This document shows, in pieces, positions 51,020 to 63,183 of a stretch of 64,000 bases of DNA. The notes beneath the pieces are model-generated. The model was not told the origin of the DNA, did not search any database, and was given only the letters and a program-made list of their open reading frames with translations. The stretch comes from Heterodontus francisci (Eukaryota), in NCBI RefSeq assembly GCF_036365525.1, contig NC_090393.1, positions 54,886,488 to 54,950,487 of the forward strand, in the 5' to 3' direction. Both the position numbers and the translations under genes were made by a program. How positions within the stretch are numbered: position 1 is the stretch's first letter; each line of letters begins with the position of its first letter.

Positions 51020-53500
51020 ACCTGGCAAATGAAATTTAATACAGAACAATGTGAAGTGATTCATTGTGATAGGAATAATGAGGAGAGGCAATATAAATTA
51101 AAGAGTACAATTCTAAAGGAGATACAGGAGTAGGGGCACCTGAGGCTATTTGTGCACAAATCATTGAATGTTGCAGGGCAGGTTGAGAAAGTAGCTAATG
51201 AAATGTACAGGATCCCAGCCTTTATAAATAGGGACATAGAGTACAAGAACAAGGAAGTTGTGATAAACCTGTATAAAACACTTGTTCGGCCTCAACAGGA
51301 GTACTGTGTCCAATTCTGGACACCACACTTTAGAAAGAGTGTTAAGGCATTCGAGAGGGTGCAGAAAAGATTCACAAGGATGGTTCCAGGGATGTGGAAC
51401 TTCAGTTGCATGGATATGTTGGAGAAGCTGGGGCTGTTGTTCTTGAGGAAGAGACGATTAAGAGGAGATTTGATTGAGGTGTACAAAATCATGAAGGGTC
51501 TGGAAAGAGTAGATAGTCCACCCATTCCACCAGCCTGTCTATGTCCTCTTGAAGTTTATCACTCTCCTCCTCACAGTTCACAATACTTCCAACTTTTGTG
51601 TCATCAGCAGATTTTGAAATAGTGCCTGTACACCCAAGTCTAGGTCATTAATATATGTCAAGAAAAGCAGGAATCCTAACGCTAACCCCTGAGGAACCCC
51701 AGTATATACCTTCCTCAAGCCCAAAAAACAACCATTCACCACTACTGCTTCCTGTCACTCAGCCAATTTTGAATTCATGCTGCTACTGTCCCTTTTATTC
51801 CATAGGCACTAATTTGCTGACAAGCCTGTTATGTGCCTTTATGAAATGCCTTTTGGAAGCCCATATGCACCACACCAACTGCATTACCCTCATCAACCCT
51901 CTCTGTTACATCATCAAAAAACTCAAGTAAATTCATTAAACATGATTTGCCATTAAGAAATCCATGCTGGCTTTCCTTACTTAATCCACATTTGGCCAAG
52001 TGACTGTTAATTTTTGTTCTGATTTATCATTCAAGAAGCTTTCCCACCACCAACATTAAACTGACTGGCTTATAGTTACTGGGCTCATGCATACACCTTT
52101 TTTGAACAAGGGTGTAACATTTGCAATTCTCCAGTTCTCTGGCACAATCCCTGTATCTAAGGAGGATTGGAAGATTATGGCCAGTGCCTCCAGCATCTCC
52201 ACACTTACTTCCCTCAGTATCCTTGGATACATCTCATCCGGTCCTGAAGACTTATCATCTTTAAGTACAACCAGCCTTTCTGATATCTCCTGTTTATCGA
52301 TTTTTAGCCCATTCTGTGTCTCAACTACCTCCTCTTTCACCATGATTGGGTAGCATCTTCTTCCTTGGTAAAGACAGATGGAAAGTATCATTTAGTACCT
52401 CAGCCATGCCCCTGTCTCCATGCATAAATCCCCTTACTGGTCCCTAATCGGCCCTACTCTTTTTGCTACCCTATTACTGTTTACATGCTTGTAGAAGACT
52501 TTTAGATTCCCTTTTATGTTACTGCTAGTCTCTTCTCATAATCTGTCTTTACTTCTCTTATTTGTTTTTCAGTTCCCCGCTGAACCTTTGATATTCAGCC
52601 TGGTTCTTAATTGTATTATCCATCTGATATTTGTCATATGCACCATTTTCTTTTTCATCCTACTCTCTATCTCTTTTGTCATCCGGGGAGCTCAGTATCT
52701 GTTTGTCCTATCTTTCCCCCTCATGGGAATGTACCTTGACTATACCTGAACTATCTCCTCTTTAAAGTCACTATTACAGACACCACAAAATTTAACCCCT
52801 TGAGTTTTAACAATCGAGAACACAAGAACATAAGAAATAGGAGATGGAGTAGACCATATGGCCCATCGAGCCTGCTCCACTATTCAAAACAATCATGGCT
52901 GAGTTTAGGCTTCAACTCCACTTTCCCGCCCACTCACCATATCCCTTGATTCCCTGAGAGACCAAAAAACTGTCTACCCCAGCCTTAAATGTATTCAACA
53001 ATGGAGCATCCACAACGCTTTAAGTGAAGTAATTTCTCCTGGTCTCCGTCCTAACTGATCGGCCCCTTATTCTGAGACTGTGCCCATGTGTATCAGGTTC
53101 CTCTACCAGCGGAAACAATCTCTCACTGTCTAGTTAGATTGTTGTTCGATCAAAGCATCAAGTGATATGGAACAAAGGTGGAGAAATGGAATTGAGGCAC
53201 AGATCAATCACATCAGTGGCCAGTCTCAGAATAAGGGGTCAGCTATTTAGATGGGGAGAAATTTCTTCACTCAAAGGGTTGTGAATCTTCGGAATTCTCT
53301 ATCATAGAAGGCTGTGAATGCTCAGACGTTGATTCTATTCAAGACAGAGATCATAGATTTTTGGATACTGAAGGAATCAAGAGTTATGGAAATTGGGCGG
53401 GAAATTGAAGTTCAGGTAGAAGATCAGACATTATCTTATTGGATGGCGGCGCAGGCGCGAAGGACTGAAACGGCCCACTGGTGATCCTATATCTTATATT
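51020..53500. mobile_element. Cluster of CR1 fragments in alternating orientation (+51020-51515, -51516-52770, tails 52820-53500)
   Basis: ORF 51152 (RPQQEYCVQFW) switches abruptly to antisense RT sequence near 51516. Confidence 0.8.
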
Positions 53501-54029
53501 CTTAACCATGATCTAGTTAAATGCCTGAACAAGGTCAAGGGGCTGAAATGGCCTGTTGCTCTGCTGTAGATTCTCTGCAATTACATGCAATGATAAACTA
53601 TTTAAATAACCGAATAGCATCACATTGTATTCAGCGCCAATAACTGATATTGATCTGACTTCAAATGCGCCGAGATCTCGAAATGTGAGAGTTGTTTTCA
53701 ATCATAATACGTGGTTATTTTGTCTCCACCTACGATAAACCCATAATGTCTGCGTTAGATTTTTTTTCCATTCAGTTAGCTGCACTCCCCAAGTGCAGGA
53801 AAACAGCGAACGATTTTGTTTCGCATCACCACTGTTGGGAGGTCGAATTGAAAAAATAATTCCCTCACTGACCAGCAGCATCGCTGTGGAGCAGATTTCG
53901 CGAAACTGCAATCTGTCTCCCAAATAACATCGAAATGAACCAAGGTAACGCTGGTTAAACTAAACTCAACGTATAAACGGGAAAACAAACCCATCGTAAT
54001 GCCATTGCAAGGAGAGATGCTCAGATTCT

Positions 54030-54775
54030 CTCTTGTTGGAGATGGTCATTGCCTGGCACTTGTGTGGTGCGAATGTTACTTGCCACTTATCAGCCCAAGC
54101 CTGGATATTGTCCAGGACTTGTTGCATTTCTACATGGACTGCTTCAGTATCTGAGGAGTCGCAAATGGTGCTGAACATTGTGCAATCATTAGCGAACATC
54201 CCCACTCCTGACCTTATGATTGAAGAAGGTCATTGATGAAGCAGCTGAAGATGGTTGGGCCTAGGACACTACCCTGAAGTATACCTGCAGTGATGTCCTG
54301 GAGCTGAGATGATTGACCTCCAACAACCACAATCATCTTCCTTTCTGCTAGGTACAATTCCAACCAGCAGAGAGTTTCCCCCCTGATTTCCATTGACTCC
54401 AGTTTTGCTAGGGCTCCTTGATGCCATACTCGGTCAAATGCTGCCTTGATGTCAAGGGCAGTCACTCTCACCTCACCTCTTGAGTTCAGCTCTTTTGTCC
54501 CTGTTTGAACCAAGGCTGTAATGAGGTCAGGAGCTGAGTGGCCCTGTTGGAACCCAAACTGGGTATCACTGAGCAGGTTATTGCTAAGCAAGTATTGCTT
54601 GATAGCACTGTCAATGACACCTTCCATCATTTTACTGATGATTGAGAGTAGACTGATGAAGCAGTAATTGGTCAGGTTGGACTTGACCTGCTTTTTGTGT
54701 ACAGGACATACCCGGGCAATTTTCCACGTTACCGGGTAGATGCCAGTGTTGTAGCTATACTGGAACAGCTTGGCT
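54030..54775 (-). mobile_element. CR1/L2-group LINE RT fragment (different family)
   Basis: QFGF; ALDIKAAFDRVWH; QGSVLGPTIF; MFANDC. Confidence 0.85.
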
Positions 54776-56003
54776 ATGGGAATATAACGTGCAGCGAAAG
54801 AGCATAAAAATCATTAAAGTGTTGTCTCTACTCTGCTAAGTCCTGATCGATTTATAGTGGGGTGATTACATTTCATAGTGAAGTTTTCAAGAGACATAGG
54901 AAAACTGCCATGTAGGAAAGATGGAAGTCACAATTTTAATATGTATCCATTTCAGCTGGAGAGACACGGACAGGCTTCCTCCTCCACCAAAATCTAAGGA
55001 ATGAAACAGGGTTGATAATCGCTTCTAGGTGCAATGGATTATTTTGTCTAATTTGGATTGCCTTACATTCTTTACCATTGACATTACAACATCAAAAGGC
55101 TGGACACGGTCAACAGATATTTCATTAACTTTTATTATTTTCGCACACTGCAATTGTTACCATCAGCTGCTACGAAATGACCGATATTTAGCATTGCTCA
55201 ACAGAATCTACATTAGTAAAAGCAGAACATCATGATTTCAGTACAACATTGGCAGAGCTTTTGCTGGGTTAACGAGCATAACAGAAAACAATCGTTATCC
55301 TACATTACCATGTACAGTCCAGAAGGTTAACTTTATTATCCATGTTTAAAATAACACTAAAAAGATTTCAGTGTTTTGGGTGACGTTATTGACAACCTCG
55401 TTCGTTAGGAATATTTTGCCTGCTTTATCAAAGGTCTTCATTCCTGCAGTGCGAGTTCCATTTCTGGATTCATTTTCTGCCAGGCATCATCAGTTGTCTG
55501 CCTTTCTGGTGTATTGTCCGTGATCCTATGCATTTGCAGTATCTCGATGTATTTGTATCATTTATACTAAACGTAGTCCCAGCTTCCATTTAATCTTCCC
55601 AAACCGTCGAATTACTGAAATGAGGTTCGGCCTTAAATACTTTTTTTCTTAACTATTAAATCATAACTTCAGGCAGTCTCGCCATTAATCAAGATAGAAT
55701 TCCAATTAAAACTGGCAATGGAAACGTCAGGGAGTGTACACAGACTCTCTAGACAATTCCAGGTAACCTTACATTTGCATAGATGTTGGGCAAATAAAGA
55801 CAGGCGGTTGAACTTTCCGCGGGCTTCCCCCCGTAAGAGATCAGTGGAGCTTCTGGAGAAATGGTAGTAGCAGCGCGGAATTTCAGCGCGGTGTGTTTAA
55901 AACAGAAGCCTTGCCATTATTTATGTCACTAATAAACGTTCAAGTTTGTTGAAGTTTCAACTGGACTCTACTTGGACGGTGTTGGGCCAGTAAGCAGTCC
56001 TCT

Positions 56004-56591
56004 TCACATTGCATTCCGAAAATGTTCTTCTTTCGGTGCTCGGATCGCCTCCTTCGAAAAAGCCTCAAATCTTCTCAGAAATATTATTACAAATATCAGA
56101 AGAATTGCCTGAATGACAATGAAGATGAAAAGCCCGATCTGCCACATCACAGCAAGGCTACAGTACCAGTCCTGACAGGTGGAAACAACTTCATCCTCCG
56201 TTAGATATAAGATCAGTCTGCCCTGGAACTCCGCCGGCGAGGAACATTTTATGTTCTTATATTGAGTTCGGTCTTCCTGTTTGAGAAGCCAGGATCTCAG
56301 GTATAAAATGTTACAATCACAGATCCATGGGTTATTGTCCAATGAAACTAATCTCAGGTACTGCAGAGGGTCAAAGAGGCCATTGGGGATGGAAGATAGT
56401 TTGTTGTTGTTCAATTTGATCTCAGTGACGGTGGCCGCAAAGTGCATGGGAATTGTGCTCACATTCAGCTCCCGACTGCTGCAGTCCATTGACGTCCCGG
56501 AACAGAGACACGTTACAGGACACTGGAAGACCGCCACGGGAACCAAAGAGAGAAACACAAGGAAAACATCTTGCTGTCTCGCTATTTGCAT
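56004..56591 (-). CDS. GP1BB: Platelet/thrombocyte glycoprotein Ib beta chain (195 aa)
   Basis: Signal peptide; LRRNT CPVTCLCSGTSMDC; single LRR; LRRCT NPWICDCNILYLRSWL...CSSPAEFQGRLILYLTEDE (compare human LRGRLLPYLAEDE); juxtamembrane Cys; TM helix; short basic tail. ATG at 56591 is preceded by an in-frame TGA, with a splice acceptor TTTTTTCAG at 56618-56626. Confidence 0.92.
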   Translation of the reverse strand: MQIARQQDVFLVFLSLVPVAVFQCPVTCLCSGTSMDCSSRELNVSTIPMHFAATVTEIKLNNNKLSSIPNGLFDPLQYLRLVSLDNNPWICDCNILYLRSWLLKQEDRTQYKNIKCSSPAEFQGRLILYLTEDEVVSTCQDWYCSLAVMWQIGLFIFIVIQAILLIFVIIFLRRFEAFSKEAIRAPKEEHFRNAM

Positions 56592-56764
56592 TGTTTGGAT
56601 CAAAATTCACGGGTTAGCTGAAAAAATAAGGCATTAAAAAGCCACTGATTGTGAGAAGTACAAAAACATGCACAAAAGACAATAAATGGAAAATACAATG
56701 CCTAGTAAAAATATAGCCCATGACACTTGTAAAAATGAAATTTAGAATCTTATCTGAACTTTTT

Positions 56765-57090
56765 AAAATTATTTTATGGGATGTGGGCATTGCTGGCAAG
56801 GCCAGCATTTGTTGCACATCCCTAATTGTCCTTGACACCTGAGTTAGGCCGCTTCAGAGGGCATTGCTGTGGGTCTGCAGTCAGATGTCGGCCAGACCAG
56901 GTAAGGACAACAGATTTCCATCTCTAAAGGGCATTACTGAACCAAATGGCTTTTTACAACAATTGATAGTTTCATGGAACCATTACTGAGACTAGCTGCG
57001 GTGATGGGATTTGAAACCATGTCCCCACGCCATTAGCCTGGGCCTTTGGATTATTATTCAAATGACATTTCCACTACACCAGCATTTCCC
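56765..57090 (-). mobile_element. tRNA-derived SINE in the putative GP1BB intron
   Basis: Homologous to 43340-43716. Confidence 0.75.
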
Positions 57091-57404
57091 CATTATAGTC
57101 AAAGTAATGAGACGTAATACCCAGACATAATGCAAGTCAAACTGTAACGCAGATATCCCAATGCGAGCTCAGGGGGGGGGGGGGGGCAGAAACCTCGCAT
57201 GGAGCACAAGTGCTCAATGCCACAAAGGGATAGGACCCAGCCACAAAGGTTATACTAAGTTTCATTCCTTCAAGTACAATTGCACGAATGTTTCATTACT
57301 TTATTTCAAAATATCGTAAAGGACACGAAGATTAAATTTTCATCAAAATGGCTTCAAGAAAAACATTTAAATACAAAACTGAGATATATTCCAACTATCG
57401 CAAA

Positions 57405-57710
57405 CCTTGTTTCTTCTCGGAGAGCTCCAACCCCAACAGCCTTTATCGAACAGTTACAACATAGTTACGTTTTTAGTTGCGATTTCTGATGTATTGCCTA
57501 TCGGACTGTCTACAAATTTATCTCACTGCTCTTCTCTGGTTTTGCTAAAACAATAAATGGGAGGATAATATAAATGAAACGTGAGTTTTGGCAGCTCAAC
57601 CCTCCTTGGAAAATGATGTCATTTGAGTCTCATTGGTTAAATGCGCCACACATGTTATCAAGCCAGGCAGAGCTGATACTTCCTGGATTGGGACTTACAT
57701 CTGTGCTGGG
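57405..57710 (-). promoter_or_regulatory. GP1BB: Putative GP1BB non-coding exon 1 and promoter
   Basis: Weak donor AAG|GTTTG near 57404; GATAAA near 57442-57447; AGATAA 57518-57523; TGATAA 57655-57660; ETS CAGGAAGT 57678-57685; CCAAT near 57632; E-box CAGATG near 57698. Confidence 0.5.
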
Positions 57711-59204
57711 GAGCTGTTCACAGCGTTTAGGCGGAGGACAGATACGAGTGAGCCAGTGTATGGTCTCGTCTCTCCAGTATATTGAGAAGTGCATCTATTG
57801 AGCGACTTCATGTGGAAATGGGTTTGGGCTGCATTTGCTCCTCCCTGGGCTCCAATACGTTTCCCAGTTATGAATTTTGAGAGTTATACATGAGGAATAA
57901 TCGCGTAGTCAAGATGGCAAACCATTTTGAAAGGCCACCCAGTCATAGGCATGCAATACAAAAGGTAGCCATTCAGCCACCGTGCTGGTGTCCGCTCTTT
58001 GCAAGAGCTGCCCAACAACTCCCACTCCTCGGATCTTTCCCCAGATACATGCGGTTCCTTTCCTATTCAAGTATATATCGAATTCCACTTTGAAAGTTAC
58101 TATTGAGTCTGTTTCCAGGCCGTGCATTCCAAATAATCAGTCGCTGCGTAATTATTCGTCTACTCATTTATTATTTACAGCCGAGAAAAGTGGCGAAAAT
58201 TAAAGGAACATGCAAATGAACAGAAGGTGAAATCATTACTGGGAGACTGGGACTCACTTTTCAACCACCCAATAATTGGCGACCTGCCAAATATGGGAGA
58301 AATGCATCAATAAAATGAAAATACCACAATTTCAGAGAAATAGAATAAGCCAATCACATTAGGGGGCAGAGTTTTACATTTGTAGCCACCAGTCAGAGCC
58401 AGAATTAGGGTGGCATTAGGCATAGTACTGATGCGATACTTCGTTGTAATGCTTCCCCAGCTTTTTTTTTTTCATAACCCATCGCTCTGGACATATATCT
58501 TGGATTGCTCACTCTTCCCTAAAATTCCCTGCTGCGGTGTCTTCTATCTCCTTCTATTACAACCCTGTAAGTCGTTTTGGGACATTTTTCTGCATGAAAA
58601 GAATTGCATAAAAAATGCACAGAAATTTTGCGGCGCTGCCACCCGCCCTCATGTGTTTGATTTGTCTGGAAAGTGGTACAAACCGGGAGAAAAGAAAAAA
58701 AGGTAGTTTTCCATGCCATTTATGGGGTGGGGGTGTCCATCGCACTCCCGTATAAATTACCAACAGACCGAGAAATTTCTGGGACCACTTGCAGGAAAAT
58801 TGCTTTATTATCCGTTATGGCTGCATTGATTCGAAAATAATAATCCGTTTTACTAACCTTAAATCTCAGAGACACCACGTTCGGAATATAACCAGGAGAA
58901 ATCCTCTTCATTCAACACTTCATTCCATATTTATATGTCCTTGGCAGTTATGCATGCCCACTGGTTACCAAAAACCAAGAATATATATTTTTTGAAAAAA
59001 AACCTGCCATAAAATATGACATATTAGATCGACTGAATGTCGCACGCGATCGCACTGATTACATTAAATGCCTCAATTACCTTTTAGTGTCTTCCAATAT
59101 GTATCGCCTTCCACAATAATACCTCATTCTTATCAGCTAAATTACGGGAAATCAAATTCATATTCTCCACATGTGCACAAATATTTACACTGATGTAATT
59201 CGAA

Positions 59205-59688
59205 TTTAGAATATTGCGTGCAATTCTGGTCGCCACACTACCAGAAGGACGTGGAGGCTTTGGAGAGGGTACAGAAGAGGTTTACCAGGATGTTGCCTGG
59301 TCTGGAGGGCATTTGCTATGAGGAGAGGTTGGTTAAACTCGGATTGTTTTCACTGGAACGACGGAGGTGGAGGGGCAACATGATAGAGGTTTACAAAGTT
59401 ATGAGCGGCATGGACAGAGTGGATAGTCAGAAGCTTTTTCCCAGGGTGGAAGAGTGCAGAAGGTTTTAGTTACTAGGGGACATAGGTTTAAAGTGCGAGG
59501 GGCAAAGTTTAGAGGGGATGTGCGAGGCAAGTTCTTTACACAGAGGGTGGTGAGTGCCTGGAACTTGCTGCCGGGGGAGGTGGTGGAAGCAGGTACGATA
59601 GCGACGTTGAAGAGGCATCTTGACAAATACATGTATAGGATGGGAATAGAAGGATGCGGTCCCCGGAAGTGCAGAAGGTTTTAGTTTA
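59205..59688 (+). mobile_element. CR1 3' fragment (tail resumes 63184-63255)
   Basis: Near-identical to about 4565-5037; remaining 3' UTR GGCATCAAGATCGGCGCAGG found at 63186. Confidence 0.92.
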
Positions 59689-62600
59689 AGAACAAGAACA
59701 AAGAACAAAGAAAATTACAGCACAGGAACAGGCCCTTCGGCCCTCCAAGCCTGCGCCGATCCAGATCCTCGATCTAAACCTGTCACCTATTTTCTAAGGG
59801 TCTGTATCTCTTTGCTTCCAGCCCATTCATGTATCTGTCTAGATACATCTTAAAAGACGCTATCATGCCCGCGTCTACCACCTCCACTGGCAACGTGTTC
59901 TAGGCACCCACCACCCTCTGCGTAAAGAACTTTCCACGCATATCCCCCCTAAACTTTTCCCCTCTCACTTTGAACTCGTGACCTCTAGTAATTGAATCCC
60001 CCACTCTGGGAAAAAGCTTCTTGCTATCCACCCTGTCTATACCTCTCATGATTTTGTACACCTCAATCAGGTCCCCCCTCAACCTCCGTCTTTCTAATGA
60101 AAATAATCCTAATCTACTCAACCTCTCTTCATAGCTAGCGCCCTCCATACCAGGCAACATCCTGGTGAACCTCCTCTGCACCCTCTCCAAAGCATCTACA
60201 TCCTTTTGGTAATGTGGCGACCAGAACTGCACGCAGTATTCCAAATGTGGCCGAACCAAAGTCTTATACAACTGTAACATGACCTGCCAACTCTTGTACT
60301 CAATACCCCGTCCGATGAAGGAAAGCATGCCGTATGCCTTCTTGACCACTCTATTGACCTGCGTTGCCACCTTCAGGGAACAATGGACCTGAACACCCAA
60401 ATCTCTCTGTACATCAATTTTCCCCAGGACTTTTCCATTTATTGTATAGTTCACTCTTGAATTGGATCTTCCAAAATGCATCACCTCACATTTGCCCGGA
60501 TTGAACTCCATCTGCCATTTCTCTGCCCAACTCTCCAATCTATCTCTATTCTGCTGTATTCTCTGACAGTCCCCTTCACTATCTGCTACTCCACCAATCT
60601 TAGTGTCGTCTGCAAACTTGCTAATCAGACCACCTATACTTTCCTCCAAATCATTTATGTATATCACAAACAACAGTGGTCCCAGCACGGATCCCTGTGG
60701 AACACCACTGGTCACACGTCTCCATTTTGAGAAACTCCCTTCCACTGCTACTCTCTGTCTCCTGTTGCCCAGCCAGTTCTTTATCCATCTAGCTAGTACA
60801 CCCTGGATCCCATGCGACTTCATTTTCTCCATCTACCTACCATGGGGAACCTTATCAAACGCCTTACTGAAGTCCATGTATATGACATCTACAGCCCTTC
60901 CCTCATCAATCAACTTTGTCACTTCCTCAAAGAATTCTATTAAGTTGCTAAGACATGACCTTCCCTGCACAAACCATGTTGCCTATCACTGATAAGCCCA
61001 TTTTCTTCCAAATGGGAATAGATCCTATCCCTCAGTATCTTCTCCAGCAGCTTCCCTACCACTGACGTCAGGCTCACCGGTCTATAATTACCTGGATTAT
61101 CCCTGCTACCCTTCTTAAACAAGGGCACAACATTAGCAATTCTCCAGTCCTCCGGGACCTCACCCGTGTTTAAGGATGCTGCAAAGATATCTGTTAAGGC
61201 CCCAGCTATTTCCTCTCTCGCTTCCCTCAGTAACCTGGGATAGATCCCATCCGGACCTGGGGACTTGTCCACCTTAATGCCTTTTAGAATACCCAACACT
61301 TCCTCCCTCCTTATGCCGACTTGACCTGGAGTAATCAAACATCTATCCCTAACCTCAACATCCGTCATGTCCCTCTCCTCGGTGAATACCGATGCAAAGT
61401 ACTCGTTTAGAATCTCACCCATTTTCTCTGACTCCACGCATAATTTTCCTCCTTTGTCCTTGAGTGGGCCAATCCTTTCTCTAGTTACCCTCTTGCTCCT
61501 TATATATGAATAAAAGGCTTTGGGATTTTCCTTAACCCTGTTTGCTAAAGATATTTCATGACCCCTTTTAGCCCTCTTAATTCCTCGTTTCAGATTGGTC
61601 TTACACTCCCGATATTCTTCCAAAGCTTCGTCTTTCTTCAGCCGCCTAGACCTTATGTATGCTTCCTTTTTCCTCTCAGCTAGTTTCACAATTTCACCTG
61701 TCATCCATGGTTCCCTAATCTTGCCATTTCTATCCTTCATTTTCACAGGAACATGTCTCTCCTGCACGCTAACCAACCTCTCTTTAAAAGCCTCCCACAT
61801 ATCAAATGTGGATTTATCTTCAAACAGCTGCTCCCAATCTACATTCCCCAGCTCCTGCCGAATTTTGGTATAGTTGGCCTTCCCCCAATTTAGCACTCTT
61901 CCTTTAGGACCACTCTCGTCTTTGTCCATGAGTATTCTAAAACTTACGGAATTGTGATCACTATTCCCAAAGTAGTCCCCTACTGAAACATCAACCACTT
62001 GGCCGGGCTCATTCCCCAACACCAGGTCCAGTATGGCCCCTTCCCGAGTTGAACTATTTACATACTGCTCTAGAAAACCCTCCTGGATGCTCGTTACAAA
62101 TTCTGCTCCATCTTGTCCTCTAACACTACGTGAATCCCAGTCAATGTTGGGAAAATTAAAATCTCCTATCACCACCACCCTGTTGCTCCTATATCTTTCC
62201 ATAATCTGTTTACATATTTGTACCTCTATCTTACGCTCACTGTTGAGACGCCTGTAGTACAGCCCCAACATTGCTACCGCACCCTTCCTATTTCTGAGTT
62301 CTGCCCATATTGCCTCACTGCTCGAGTCCTCCATAGTGCCCTCCTTCAGCACAGCTGTGATATCCTCTTTGACCAGTAATGCAACTCCTTCACCCCTTTT
62401 ACCTCCCTCTCTATCCCACCTGAAGCATCGATATCCTGGGATATTTAGTTGCCAACCGTGCCCTTCCTTCAACCAAGTCTCAGTAATAGCAATAACATCA
62501 TACTCCCAGGTACTAATCCAAGCCCTAAGTTCATCTGCCTTACCTACTACACTTCTTGCATTAAAACAAATGCACCTCAGACCACCAGTCCCTTTGCGTT

Positions 62601-63183
62601 CATCATCTGCTCCCTGCCTACTCTTCCCCTTAGTCATGCTGACTTCATTATCTAGCTCCTTACAGGCTTTAGTTACTGCATCCTTACTGTCCACTGTCCT
62701 CTTCATTTGGTTCCCATCCCCCTGCCACATTAGTTTAAACCCTCCCCAACAGCGTTAGCAAAAGCACCCCCAAGGACATTGGTTCCAGTCCAGCCCAGGT
62801 GTAGACCGTCCAATTTGTAATAGTCCCACCTCCCCCAGAACCGGTCCCAATGTCCCAAAAATCTGAACCCCTCCCTCCTGCACCATCTCTCAAGCCACGC
62901 ATTCATCCTGACTATTTTTTCATTTCTACTCTGACTAGCACGTGGCACTGGTCGCAATCCTGAGATTACTACCTCTGAGGTCCTACTTTTTAACTTGGCT
63001 CCTAACTCCCTAAATTCTGCTTGTAGGACCTCATCCCGTTTTTTACCTATATCATTGGTGCCTATGTGCACAACGACAACTGGCTGTTCACCCTCCCCCT
63101 TCAGAATGTTCTGCAGCCGATCTGAGACATCCCTGACCCGTGCACCTGGGAGGCAACATACCATTCGGGAGTCTCGTTTTCGA
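59689..63183 (-). mobile_element. Young CR1 LINE, 5'-truncated within ORF1
   Basis: ORF1 esterase C-terminal half intact (to 62730); ORF2 APE-RT 62730-59900 with one frameshift (near 60972) and one premature TAG (59900); (TTCTTTG)n-type tail. Confidence 0.96.

Noticed and set aside
56004-56603. GP9 identity, or start at TTG 56603
   Set aside because: GTSMDC, GRLILYLTEDE, the juxtamembrane Cys and a longer tail fit GP1BB better; ATG 56591 gives a normal signal peptide.
31164-57186. Poly-C/poly-G tracts (31164-31250, 39830-39895, 57172-57186) as functional G-quadruplexes
   Set aside because: Mostly low-complexity expansions within or beside TEs; no further support.
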